This document shows positions 1 to 9,849 of a stretch of DNA of 64,000 nucleotides, piece after piece. Position 1 is the first letter of the stretch; each line of letters starts with the position of its first letter. The notes beneath the pieces are model-generated. The model did not search any database and was not told the origin of the DNA. It saw only the letters and a list, made by a program, of their open reading frames with translations. Source of the stretch: Paramoeba atlantica (Eukaryota > Protista > Discosea); the NCBI GenBank assembly GCA_977017575.1, contig CDRNVI010000052.1, positions 186,001 to 250,000 on the forward strand. The letters are read 5' to 3'. The position numbers were made by a program, and so were the translations under genes.

Positions 1-1
1 T

Positions 2-1219
2 ATGGTCTCAAAAGGATTTTATGATTCATCTTCATCAACAAAAAATCAGCACGCTGAAGTAAATCTTGCGTCCCATCCAACCGTGCCAATCACCCATATT
101 GATGTGTTTGATTTTGATGGCACCCTTTTTCGTTCTCCCATGCCCACCCGCGAGTTTTGGTCTTCGTTACTTGCCTCAGAACATATACAGGTCGCGTCCA
201 ATCAACGACAAATATTTTCCTACCAGTCCTCATGTAGGAAACGGGCCGCCAGTCTTTGTGGTCGTTTCATGGATACGGTCTCCAACGGTGGGCTAGGTTG
301 GTTTCAAAGCGTCGAAACACTACTGTCTCCGGCCACTCCTCTTGGTGCGGAACACCTTGATGATACCTTTTTACCTGATAATTCTGCCACACACCATGTC
401 TTGTCCTCTTCTGAGGGCAGGTTAGAACCTCACTGTTGTCTTGGAGAGAGGAGCGCTACTCTCTCAGAGCACTGGTTCTCGCCTACTGTACTTCCCGCCC
501 TACAGGCCTCCGCGTGTGATCCCGCCCACTTAACTATTGTTCTCACGGGACGCGCAGAGACCTTCCGCCCGCTTGTGGAGGAAGTGATTCGCTCCATTGG
601 GGTTTCGCCCGACGATGTTCATTTAAAGCCCTTCCCGAGGCAAGGAAGTCCTCAAGCCTCGTCTCGGAGGAAGGGCAACGAACCTGCAGTCCGTACAACG
701 CTGGACATGAAGTTTGAATATTTGCTTCCGATTGTACAGTATTTTTGTTTTGATTCTTCGTCAGCTATAGAGGACGAAGACTCAGATACGCCGAAGTCAA
801 ATTCTGTCAATGCAAAGAGTCCAGGAAGCCCAGTTTTTATCACCATTTACGAGGACAGAGTGCGACATGTTCAGCGTTTCCATGAGTTTCTTTCCAGTCT
901 GGACGGTTCCTCTTGCTCTATTGATGTCAGTTCTTACCTCAAATCTCACACTAAAAAGAATATAAATGTTTGTTCTGGGAAAGCCCGTTTCAACTTTTCG
1001 GTTCAGCACGTGACGGATGGTATATCTGTGCCTCTTAAATCTGAATTGGAGCTTGCCATGGTGTCGCATTTACAGCACATAAATCAGGTTCGCTTTATAG
1101 ATCTTTGTCATAAATGTTGTTTTCCGGGACATCGAGAACACGAATGTCAGTCAGAGCCTAATCGATATTTGCAACTTATCAGGGACAGTAAACTACATTT
1201 CAGTTATAGAAATACTTAA
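2..1219 (+). CDS. HAD-superfamily 'Swiss Army Knife RNA repair-like' phosphatase with C-terminal CCHC zinc knuckle (may begin upstream of the window)
   Basis: HAD motif I DVFDFDGTLFRSP, LTIVLTGRAE, LKP, and IYEDR..H motif IV-like. CHKCCFPGHREHEC fits C-x2-C-x4-H-x4-C. Confidence 0.7.
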   Translation: MVSKGFYDSSSSTKNQHAEVNLASHPTVPITHIDVFDFDGTLFRSPMPTREFWSSLLASEHIQVASNQRQIFSYQSSCRKRAASLCGRFMDTVSNGGLGWFQSVETLLSPATPLGAEHLDDTFLPDNSATHHVLSSSEGRLEPHCCLGERSATLSEHWFSPTVLPALQASACDPAHLTIVLTGRAETFRPLVEEVIRSIGVSPDDVHLKPFPRQGSPQASSRRKGNEPAVRTTLDMKFEYLLPIVQYFCFDSSSAIEDEDSDTPKSNSVNAKSPGSPVFITIYEDRVRHVQRFHEFLSSLDGSSCSIDVSSYLKSHTKKNINVCSGKARFNFSVQHVTDGISVPLKSELELAMVSHLQHINQVRFIDLCHKCCFPGHREHECQSEPNRYLQLIRDSKLHFSYRNT

Positions 1220-1765
1220 AATGACAAGGCTTTGGCATATGATGCTTTCTATTTTACTGGTGACGTTAGGTAAACAAAGTGCTGAATTTCCACGGTTACG
1301 CTGTAAAGTTTTCAAGCCGTTTTATATGGAATGCCCTCCGAGTTCCTTCTCACGTTCTTCGCTTGTTTTTACTTTCTTGTATTTTCCTCGAAAATGCTTG
1401 TAAACGCTTTTTGTGCTAGCGTCTAGAACTTTGATAGCAACTCCCGACAGTCGGCTTCCTACCCAACACGGCCTTTGAGACAGTCTGGGAGAAAATTTAG
1501 AACTTACTCTGTGAAAGTGTCATTGTAAGTTGAATATGATTAACCTGATCAAGGGCGTGGCAGAAGCATTATACAGTGCTTCAATGTGTATAAAGTTCCA
1601 AAGAGTATTTTCTTAAATAATGAATCCTTTTTGTGGGCTTTTTTCACGTTTTTGGGAGTCTATTATGCTAATCCGCTTTCTATTTTCAGCACTTAACTGA
1701 ACTTATGAATCGAATTTAGTGTAGTGGATTATCACGATTCGGAACACATCAAGAAAAGTCTATCC

Positions 1766-2755
1766 ATGGCGAGTAGCCATGCGAGTACTGAGTACTTGCT
1801 GGAGTCAAGAAAATCATACGTATTTCTAAATCGCATCCGACGCGACCTACACCTATCACAAATCTGTGCGGCCACAGCTATGGTATACTACCACAGTTTT
1901 TATCGCGCACAAACAACATTTTCCCGTCAACTTAACTCACATCTTGTTGCGCTGGCATCTTTACTTCTGGCTAGTAAAGTGGAGAACACACCTTGCACTC
2001 TCAGCTCTCTGGTGCATACCGCTTTTTCCTCGGATAACGACAGCGAACGGTACGCCCGAGAGCAGCAGCTGTTGCGCGTGGAACGGGTCTTAATTATGGC
2101 CTCACATTTCACATTCACGATTATTCATCCCTATGCTGCTCTGGGAAATTTTTTGACTACATTTCTTTCCGCCGCGCTTGAGTACAGATCAGAATCAGTA
2201 ACTATGGAAACTCAAAAGGGTACCAATGAGAATAGGTCCAATGGAATAGATTGTCTTCATTTAAAATCGCTTTGTGGCAGTCTTTTGAATGAAAGTTACG
2301 GCACCCCACTGTGTATAATGTTGACTTCAATGCCATCGAACAATACTACCACACTCATGCATGGTAATCCCGATAATGATCCAGCTCTTTGCAGTAGATT
2401 TTATCGAGAAGCACTTACTACAGCTATTCTGCGTGTCGCAACTCGATGCCTGCAGCGAATGCCTCAATGTTCCCAATGTAAGTATTTTGTTGAGAAAGAC
2501 GTAATCACTCTTTGGAAGGACTACGAAACAAATGAAGGCATGGATGATAAAAATAATCTATCATCAGAATTTATGGTGGCTTCCGACGGAAGTGACTCGA
2601 AAAGAAAATCACCTGATTTGGATAGCAAAACATCTTACGAGGTCCGTTCCATTTATGACACATTGTTGAGGTATTACGAGATCTTTGATCCTACTTCGAA
2701 CGTGTGCATCGTACTTCGTGACTTGGTGGGTGTCGATCCTACTTTACATGCATAG
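1766..2755 (+). CDS. Transcription-associated cyclin (cyclin T/K/L-like)
   Basis: Cyclin box: ATAMVYYHSFY, ALASLLLASKVENTP, ERVLIMASHFTFTIIHPY. First ATG is at 1766; the ORF track starts at GTG 1724. Confidence 0.8.
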   Translation: MASSHASTEYLLESRKSYVFLNRIRRDLHLSQICAATAMVYYHSFYRAQTTFSRQLNSHLVALASLLLASKVENTPCTLSSLVHTAFSSDNDSERYAREQQLLRVERVLIMASHFTFTIIHPYAALGNFLTTFLSAALEYRSESVTMETQKGTNENRSNGIDCLHLKSLCGSLLNESYGTPLCIMLTSMPSNNTTTLMHGNPDNDPALCSRFYREALTTAILRVATRCLQRMPQCSQCKYFVEKDVITLWKDYETNEGMDDKNNLSSEFMVASDGSDSKRKSPDLDSKTSYEVRSIYDTLLRYYEIFDPTSNVCIVLRDLVGVDPTLHA

Positions 2756-3191
2756 TTTTGCCCGTTACAGTGCATTCATGAGCGTTCTCTGAACGGAAAA
2801 GTGGTGCTGCAACCCCCACGGTTCCCCGTGCCCGAAAAACAACGGGGGTCTTATTCTTGTTGAGGGGTTTGAAGTACATGCCGTAGACCCTCCCCCAGCA
2901 AGAGAATGGGTTTTGGGTCAAAATGCCAAATCTCTCTTACTGGGGGGTATGCTTTTTTGGCCAGTTTTCTCCTTTTTCCCAACTTTTTCGAATTTTTTTT
3001 TGAGTATAATTTTATAATTGATTTTCCTTTCACCCATCAAACTGCGCTAATTTTCAAAATGCGTTAACATCATAGCAATGTCGCAATCATTGATTATTTT
3101 TAAATCCGGGAATTGCTTACGTAGCATAGCGAAGTGTTTTTAATGCGAAACGAATAAACTGATAAGCGCTGGACTCTCCTTTATTTTAATC

Positions 3192-4502
3192 ATGCTTCCC
3201 TTATCAAATGAAGACTCTGTATCAGTGGAATCCGCAACTTCTCCGAGAGAATGTGCGGTACGCGATCAGAGCGTTTCTGTGGAGCGATCGATCTCTGGTG
3301 TTGTTCCTGTTTCAAAAACATTTTCTCGGACCTCCAATCGAGGAAAAACATCTTTGTTGCACAGGGATACATCTGTGAAGTTACTGGACGCAGTGTCTTC
3401 TTTGCGTGTAAGACTTCGCTACGGTCTTCATCGTCGCAGAGAGCTGGAAGAAGCTCTATCAAAGACTTTCGAAGACGTAACTCTGCCCACTCCAGACAAT
3501 ACTTCATCGTGTGTCGGTGCTTCAGCTTTATCCTCATGTACGGATAGTTCTGAAAGCACATCAAAATTTAATCTTGTGGATAACAAAGGCATGCAAGAGA
3601 AAGACGAAACTTCTAATAAGATTCAAAAAATGTCAGAATCAGAACATGTTCCGGTATCCGGCATTGTGGATGAATCTTCTTTGACTTTAGAACATGAAAG
3701 TGACCCAAAAGATCCATCTTCAAATACTTTGAATAAACATTGTTCTGATCAAGAAACAGGTGCTCCTCTGTCGTCTGAAAATATGAATTCAAACAGTCAG
3801 ACTGTATCTTCATCAACGATTGTTTTTTCATTGTATCTTCATCAACGATTGAAAGACGATCTTTTGAAAGCTGAAGATAAGCAAACAACGAACTTCGTCG
3901 GTAAATCAGATTCAACAGAGATCGTACGTGACAGTATTGATACTCAGAAAATGAATTACGATAAGCCTGCGCCACCCAGCAAGGGTTCCACTTTGAAGAG
4001 AAAGCGTATCACGCTAAACACAAAGACAATTTCTATTGTATTTTCACATGCACGAAAGAGTCTGAATGAAGCTGAAAAAGAGCGACACACTGGTGAAGCG
4101 CTTCTTGCAAAGCAGAGGCATGTGCAAAATAGTGCTGAGAAGCGGAACGAAGAAACGCTTCTTCCCACGAAGGTCTTGGATTATCAAGACCCAAAAGCGC
4201 TTCAACAGTGTGTCGCCGATTTATCAGATAAGTTCAGTAAACTATCAGAAGTGTATGAGAAAGCATACATGGCTCGAGTACAACTTCTAAACTTGGCGAA
4301 AAGGTATGGGGACTCAAAAACAAATCTAGAATTAGTTCACGAAGGCGTTACAATATACTTTCGTCCTTCAAAAATGAGCAATGCAATTTATGATGCGTTT
4401 GCAGCTCAAGCCCGTGTAATTGAAAATGAATACGATGCTTTTTGTGTGACAGTTGATTCTATGAAACCTGATATTAATACCTCCTTGGGATTTATCTTGT
4501 AA
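3192..4502 (+). CDS. Hypothetical protein, Ser-rich middle and helical C-terminal half
   Basis: 436-codon ATG-started ORF co-oriented with neighbours; no recognisable family motif. Confidence 0.55.
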   Translation: MLPLSNEDSVSVESATSPRECAVRDQSVSVERSISGVVPVSKTFSRTSNRGKTSLLHRDTSVKLLDAVSSLRVRLRYGLHRRRELEEALSKTFEDVTLPTPDNTSSCVGASALSSCTDSSESTSKFNLVDNKGMQEKDETSNKIQKMSESEHVPVSGIVDESSLTLEHESDPKDPSSNTLNKHCSDQETGAPLSSENMNSNSQTVSSSTIVFSLYLHQRLKDDLLKAEDKQTTNFVGKSDSTEIVRDSIDTQKMNYDKPAPPSKGSTLKRKRITLNTKTISIVFSHARKSLNEAEKERHTGEALLAKQRHVQNSAEKRNEETLLPTKVLDYQDPKALQQCVADLSDKFSKLSEVYEKAYMARVQLLNLAKRYGDSKTNLELVHEGVTIYFRPSKMSNAIYDAFAAQARVIENEYDAFCVTVDSMKPDINTSLGFIL

Positions 4503-5311
4503 TTGAAATATTTTGAAGAATACGTCAAAAAGCTACAATGGCATTTTAGCTCTATTCGCTTGCGGACACATGTTTAAAAATACATTCTTCGTCATATGAA
4601 ATTTCATGTATCTATTGTTATCGACTGAAAGCATCTGTTTTTGCGTACACCTGTAAAAATCTATTCTTAACGATGTTTTCATGACATTCATAGCGTCGTT
4701 TGTGAAAAACTAAATAGATAACATGGGTGTTTTCTATGCAAATACATGTGATACACGCATAAAATACATGCATACAAATACCTGTGATACATGTATAACA
4801 GTACTGTTTCTACCATTTACTGTAAGTAACTTACGTATGCATCCATAAATTTATTTTTGTATCTTTCTTACTTCTGGATAGCTGAACTACCTATTCCGAC
4901 GAACATAAAGTTTGTTTATCATCTCAGTTTTTCTGCTGCACTCGGTGTTTTTGACTAGCGCTATTATTGAAACAAAAGTCTTTTTTTTTAAAATCGGTTT
5001 CTGTTAAAACATAGGTGGCACTTTTCAACGTGAAATCTCGTAGAGGACTAAGAGAAACCGCTATCCTGAACCACAGTAATAATCTTGAAGACTTTTCCCG
5101 GAACAAACCCGAGTTTTTTATTGCATCAAAACAAGATGTTCGTGAGAACTTCAATTTCCAACTTTTATTCGCTTAAAGCATAAAATTTCCTATTTCATAG
5201 TATAAATTTTAATTTTTATTTGACCAAACTTCACATAATAGGATAAAAAGGATCTTGTCTTGGTTAACTTGATGGATAGCTTCTAAATCAGATTGATTTA
5301 TTTTATTAAGC

Positions 5312-6241
5312 ATGATTCTTCGACCTCTTACAAAAGCCCGAAGAATATCTCAAGTATTACGAGCACGTCTTATAGAACCGGATGAAATAAAAATCAAGCC
5401 TAACCAGAGTATTACCGGTTCTGATAGTTCTAGTAGTCCTAAACACTCTTCAACTAATGCTAGAGGTATAAATAAAATTCGTTCTGACACCTATAACTAC
5501 ACAAAGTTAAGAGACTTATTTACTGACCCATACTGGAAAAGCAGCTTGCAAGCAGAATTTGAGAAAAAGTACTTTTTAAAACTAGAAAGACAACTAAATT
5601 TTCTCTGGAATCGCGGCATCACGATATATCCCCCAAGGTCTCAAATCTTTGCCGCTTTTAATGCCACCCCATTGAACCACGTGCGTGTCGTGCTCATTGG
5701 GCAAGACCCCTACCACGGTCCGAATCAAGCCCATGGACTTTGCTTCTCCGTTAGTCCCGGCGTCCCTCCTCCCCCCTCACTGCTTAATATGTACAAAGAG
5801 TTGGAGAGAGACATTCCTGGTTTCGTGACCCCTTCTCATGGCACGCTGCTGTCCTGGGCTCACCAGGGGGTACTGATGCTAAACGCCACGCTCACGGTAG
5901 AAGCCCATAAGGCGAACTCTCACTCTGGTATGGGGTGGCAAACCTTTACCGATGCGGTGATTGATTACGTCAATCGAAAGAAGAAAGGTGTGGTGTTTCT
6001 GCTTTGGGGAAAGTTTGCGCAACATAAGGCGACAGCAATTGACAAGAGTAAGCATTATACGATTGAATGTGCTCATCCGTCGCCGCTTTCGAAGAAGGGG
6101 TGGTATGGCTGCCGTACATTCTCGCGCTGTAACACCGCTCTTCGTGATTTGGAACTTCCGGAAATTGATTGGAAACTTCCCTATAAAATTGAAAATGTGG
6201 CAAGATCACAGCATAGTCCACATAAGAGCATATACACATAA
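5312..6241 (+). CDS. UNG: Uracil-DNA glycosylase family 1
   Basis: GQDPYH water-activating loop, PPPPSL, GVLMLNA, and HPSPLS leucine loop. Confidence 0.95.
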   Translation: MILRPLTKARRISQVLRARLIEPDEIKIKPNQSITGSDSSSSPKHSSTNARGINKIRSDTYNYTKLRDLFTDPYWKSSLQAEFEKKYFLKLERQLNFLWNRGITIYPPRSQIFAAFNATPLNHVRVVLIGQDPYHGPNQAHGLCFSVSPGVPPPPSLLNMYKELERDIPGFVTPSHGTLLSWAHQGVLMLNATLTVEAHKANSHSGMGWQTFTDAVIDYVNRKKKGVVFLLWGKFAQHKATAIDKSKHYTIECAHPSPLSKKGWYGCRTFSRCNTALRDLELPEIDWKLPYKIENVARSQHSPHKSIYT

Positions 6242-6314
6242 TAGCACAGGCCAAATAATTAAATTTCATCTACAGCCCCTCATACGTGTACCGTTACCTC
6301 CCCCCTTAGATATC

Positions 6315-6381
6315 CTAGTACGCTACTTATCCTCTTTTGTGGTGAAACCTCTGGGTCACGAGAGGATAAGTAGCGTACTAG
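6315..6381. repeat. 21-bp perfect inverted repeat (CTAGTACGCTACTTATCCTCT) with 25-nt loop
   Basis: Arm at 6315-6335 and its reverse complement at 6361-6381. The same motif is tandemly repeated at 7418-7487. Confidence 0.8.
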
Positions 6382-7417
6382 TTTACAGAGAAAATTTTCA
6401 GAATTTTTTCATAAAAAAAATCAGTAGTAATTTTTTTAAGAGTTGTGCATAGTTATATTCAGAATAGAAATATATCGATAGATACATGCGCGTGTACAAA
6501 AAAAATATGTTCACCATATAATATACATAGTATACTATAGTATATGTATAGTATAATATACATAGTATACTATTCTATACTACCATACAATATAGTAATA
6601 CTAGGAATACTATACTGTATGTTGTTCCGAGAACTGCTCTTTGTTCTCAGAACACTGAGAACACGATTCTATGATCCCACTTTACATGAAAGGTTCCGTT
6701 GAGCTTTAAAAAAAAATGAGAATCACGATTCGCAGATAGGACCAAACGTTTGTCAGTGAGTATGGCGTTCTTTTTCGACGAAAGATAGCCCATTTCTACC
6801 AAGGCGAGATTACTTTTTCAATTGCGCACTGAATGGTATCGTAATGGAGAGTATGTAGACAGTACCTATAGATCGCTGTAGGTCGCTGGCAGTTTCTGGC
6901 GGGAACTGGAGGACTAACAGTTTCTGGCAGTTTCCGTGGCACAAAAACGGCGAGCGTTAAGACATGTATCAAAGAAAAGGCCATGGTAACATTTTGGTTT
7001 TGGGCAATGTCTGTGCTTGCTCCCGGTGCTTGTTCCTCACCAGAGCAACGTACTTGGGAACATCGTTTGTTTCCACTACATCTGTTGTGGAGCGCTCAGT
7101 CTTGTCAAGGTCGAGTTGCACGGGAAACGAAGGCAGGATCAGGCTGGATAACAGGAGATTCCCTTTTTCAATGAATGATAAAGGATTCTTTTTGACACGA
7201 GCAAGTATCCACCCGGCAAGACTTTATTCGTGCTAGACTTGTACGTAAGTCACCCAACCGAGGCAGCCGAATCCCTTTTTCTTGATTTTGATGTCTCACT
7301 TGGGCAGCGTGCAACTCCGTCGAAAAGAACACATCGGCGAATACACATCGGCGAACACATCGGAGCGGTTGTATCATGCTAAAAACACTTTTGGCGCAAA
7401 GGTCGCTCGAACTTCTT

Positions 7418-7487
7418 CTAGTACGCTACTTATCCTAGTATGCTACTTATCCTAGTATGCTACTTATCCTAGTACGTTACTTATCCT
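7418..7487 (+). repeat. 17-bp tandem repeat x4 (CTAGTAYGCTACTTATC)
   Basis: Directly visible; same motif as the hairpin arm at 6315. Confidence 0.85.
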
Positions 7488-7719
7488 CAAACTGTCCATT
7501 TCGGAGACGGAATGCGGGATATCTAAGGGGTGGTAACGGTATGTTGTTTGGTCTAAAACCTAAATCAGTCGGGGTCGAACGGTGCCATGTGATATCATGC
7601 AATATAACACGAGATCATGTTATATCACACCCTCAGGCCCTCTATCGTAGGAATTCTTTTTGCGTCCAGTACACAAATTCTTAAATTTCTAACATTTTTA
7701 GGAGACGCTTTTTCGAGTC

Positions 7720-8336
7720 ATGTTCACTTTATTCACGGAGAATTTGGCTTTCGCTCCTGTCAAAACAAGCGACCTGCAAGAGCCTCCAACGAAACGACGA
7801 CGTCATGGCAGCAAAGTTAGCCGTCTTGTTCTGCCTGAGGAGGAGATGATGCGTCGCTTTGTTGAACACATCGAGCATCACCCAGCTCCCTGGAAGCAAT
7901 TCGCCTCACCATGTAATTGGAAAGGCGTAAAATGTGATGCAGAAAAAAGAATCACGGCCATTCATTGGAATTATAACAGGATTTCAGGTTCTCTTGCATG
8001 GGCTTATCTTCCGCACGATGTACAGACTATGGAAGCACGTTGTCCAGCGGGTCTGATTACCAAACTTTCTGGTAAGCTGCTCTCCACCGATTTACATAAG
8101 CCACTTTCCACTCTGCTCTTGACAGCTCAAAATCATACCGGAGAATTGGATTTGACACAGCTTCCCGAATCGATGCGTTATTTGGATGTGGGCTTTAATG
8201 AGTTGGCAGGGCCATGTGACTTGACGCAACTTCCTCAAATTCTTGAAAAATTGAACCAATGCGTTTGAAGGTGAAATACGATTGGACATGCTCCCTCCCA
8301 ATTTACGTGAGTTATTCCTTTCGCGAAATCGTTACA
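7720..8336 (+). pseudogene. Leucine-rich-repeat protein, frameshifted and truncated
   Basis: PCNWKGVKC cap and LRRs (GELDLTQLPESMRYLDVGFNELAG). The LRR continues in another frame after about 8220 (NAFEGEIRLDMLPPNLRELFLSRN) and is cut by a repeat at about 8336. Confidence 0.7.
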
Positions 8337-8790
8337 TTTTCAGCCATACGCGACGTCGTTAGTGGGAAGCAATTTGCGAAGCCGAAGGGGTGGTATGGCG
8401 AGGGTCCGCGTGAGTTGGCCTGAGCCATACGCGGCGTCGTTAGTGGGAAGCAATTTGCGAAGCCCCGTTTGACAACAGCCACTTTGCTTTTTAACGAAGC
8501 AGCTAGCACACCGACATTGCGGGGGTTGTTTACAACCTCTGTCTCTCCCTTCTTTATTGCGTCTGGGGTAGGACGGATCCAGGAGGGTGAGAAAAGGGGG
8601 TCCAGCCCCGCCCCCCTATCCTCGATTCGGGCACTAGTCACGGTGCTTAAAAACGATAGTCTCGGGACTCAAACCCAGACAGTCCAGTTGGGAAGACCTG
8701 CCGTTCATAATCTGGTAGTCACAGGTTCGATTCCCGGCGGCTACATTTTTAGCCGTACGCGACGTCGTTAGTGGGAAGCAATTTGCGAAG
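8336..8790 (+). repeat. Three ~40-45-bp direct repeats (AGCCRTACGCGRCGTCGTTAGTGGGAAGCAATTTGCGAAG)
   Basis: Copies at about 8342, 8423 and 8751, with unequal spacers (~40 and ~290 bp). Confidence 0.85.
8672..8744 (+). pseudogene. Degenerate tRNA (Met-like CAT anticodon loop)
   Basis: A-box-like AGTCCAGTTGG, loop TTCATAA, B-box GGTTCGATTCCC, followed by TTTTT. The 5' acceptor strand does not pair with the 3' CGGCTAC. Confidence 0.5.
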
Positions 8791-8970
8791 TCCCGTTTAT
8801 CAACAACAGTTCCCCTGGCATGTTAAGCTGTACCGCCGTTTAGGTTAGCTGTTCAGGAAAGAATTGTAATTAAAGCTGTAAGAATAAGAGTTGCAGAACA
8901 ATATTTACAAAGAAATATAAAATTGTTAAAAATGTGGAAAGGCTAAATTTGACTGAATTTAACCGAACAT

Positions 8971-9706
8971 TTTTCTTTTTTAGGCTCTTAGTTAAACGCG
9001 GTGGTTGTTTTCAACTTAGAAGTCACTCGTGCTGCTCGCTTTGCGTTGAAAACTACCTCCGCGTGTAACGAAGAGCCTAAAAAAGAAAAACCGCCAAAAG
9101 ATCATGAATAATCTATTTTTTTGGGTGAAAAAGCTGGATTTTTCGGCAAGAATTTCGAAATTTCAACCCGAATTTGGGACGTTTTTGATGCCTTACCAGT
9201 AGCGTCAGGAGTCGAATCTGTCGAAAAAAACGTCGTAGAATGGCAGCTGAGGTGCAAAACTCTTAAAATACGTTTTAGGAGTCAATTTTGGAAAACTAAA
9301 TTTTTACTTTTTTTTTGTGTCTAAAAAAAACAATTTTGGTCACCCCAAAAATTTCGGAAATTTTGACTTTGTCGGACCCCTCCCGCGCGTACCAGGGGGG
9401 GTACCCCCAGGTGGGGGTGGAAAGTCATCGACGCGGCCTACTCTACCACTTCCCTGCGCTCGATTTCGAAAAGCAAAAAATTCGAAAAAAGATTCGCGAC
9501 GTATGCCCCCCATGGACCCCCCCCATGGACCCCCCATTTTTTTCAATTTCTTTTTTCAATTTTGGACCACCGGAGCCCCCTTTTATATTTTTTTCTTCTA
9601 TTATAAACTTCTATTATTACTGTGTTCCTCTTTATATTTTCACTGTTTTTGTTCACTTTTTTTTCAATAATCGAGGGTAGAGCGGTAGTTATACAACCAC
9701 CGCAAT
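8971..9706 (+). mobile_element. Non-autonomous fold-back repeat, copy 1: ~119-bp hairpin 'HpA' plus ~620-bp G/C-tract module ending in a small hairpin
   Basis: Near-collinear copy at 45636-46395, inverted terminal part from 38394, and fragments at 53260-53450 and 57340-57430. Confidence 0.7.
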
Positions 9707-9849
9707 CGTTTTTTTAAACGCAATTTAGATTTTGTATTTTGGAGCATAGTTTCTGGCATATCTATTTTTGTTTTCAGATTATGTAAGCATACAAGAAGAC
9801 CAAAAGCCTCTTAGTTTGAATTTTGTTTATCTCTGAAAGAAAACTAAAA

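Noticed and set aside
1221-1720. Small ORF 1221-1403 and a possible C/D snoRNA near 1530-1550
   Set aside because: No family motifs; box spacing too short.
8336-8790. CRISPR-like array
   Set aside because: Only three repeats, spacers of ~40 versus ~290 bp, no cas genes, and a eukaryotic context.
9315-9680. MKKMGG/PPWTPP-type small ORFs (also 38354-39609, 45765-46409, 52834-53693, 57164-57511)
   Set aside because: Stop-poor G/C tracts of the fold-back repeat; frames are not conserved between copies.
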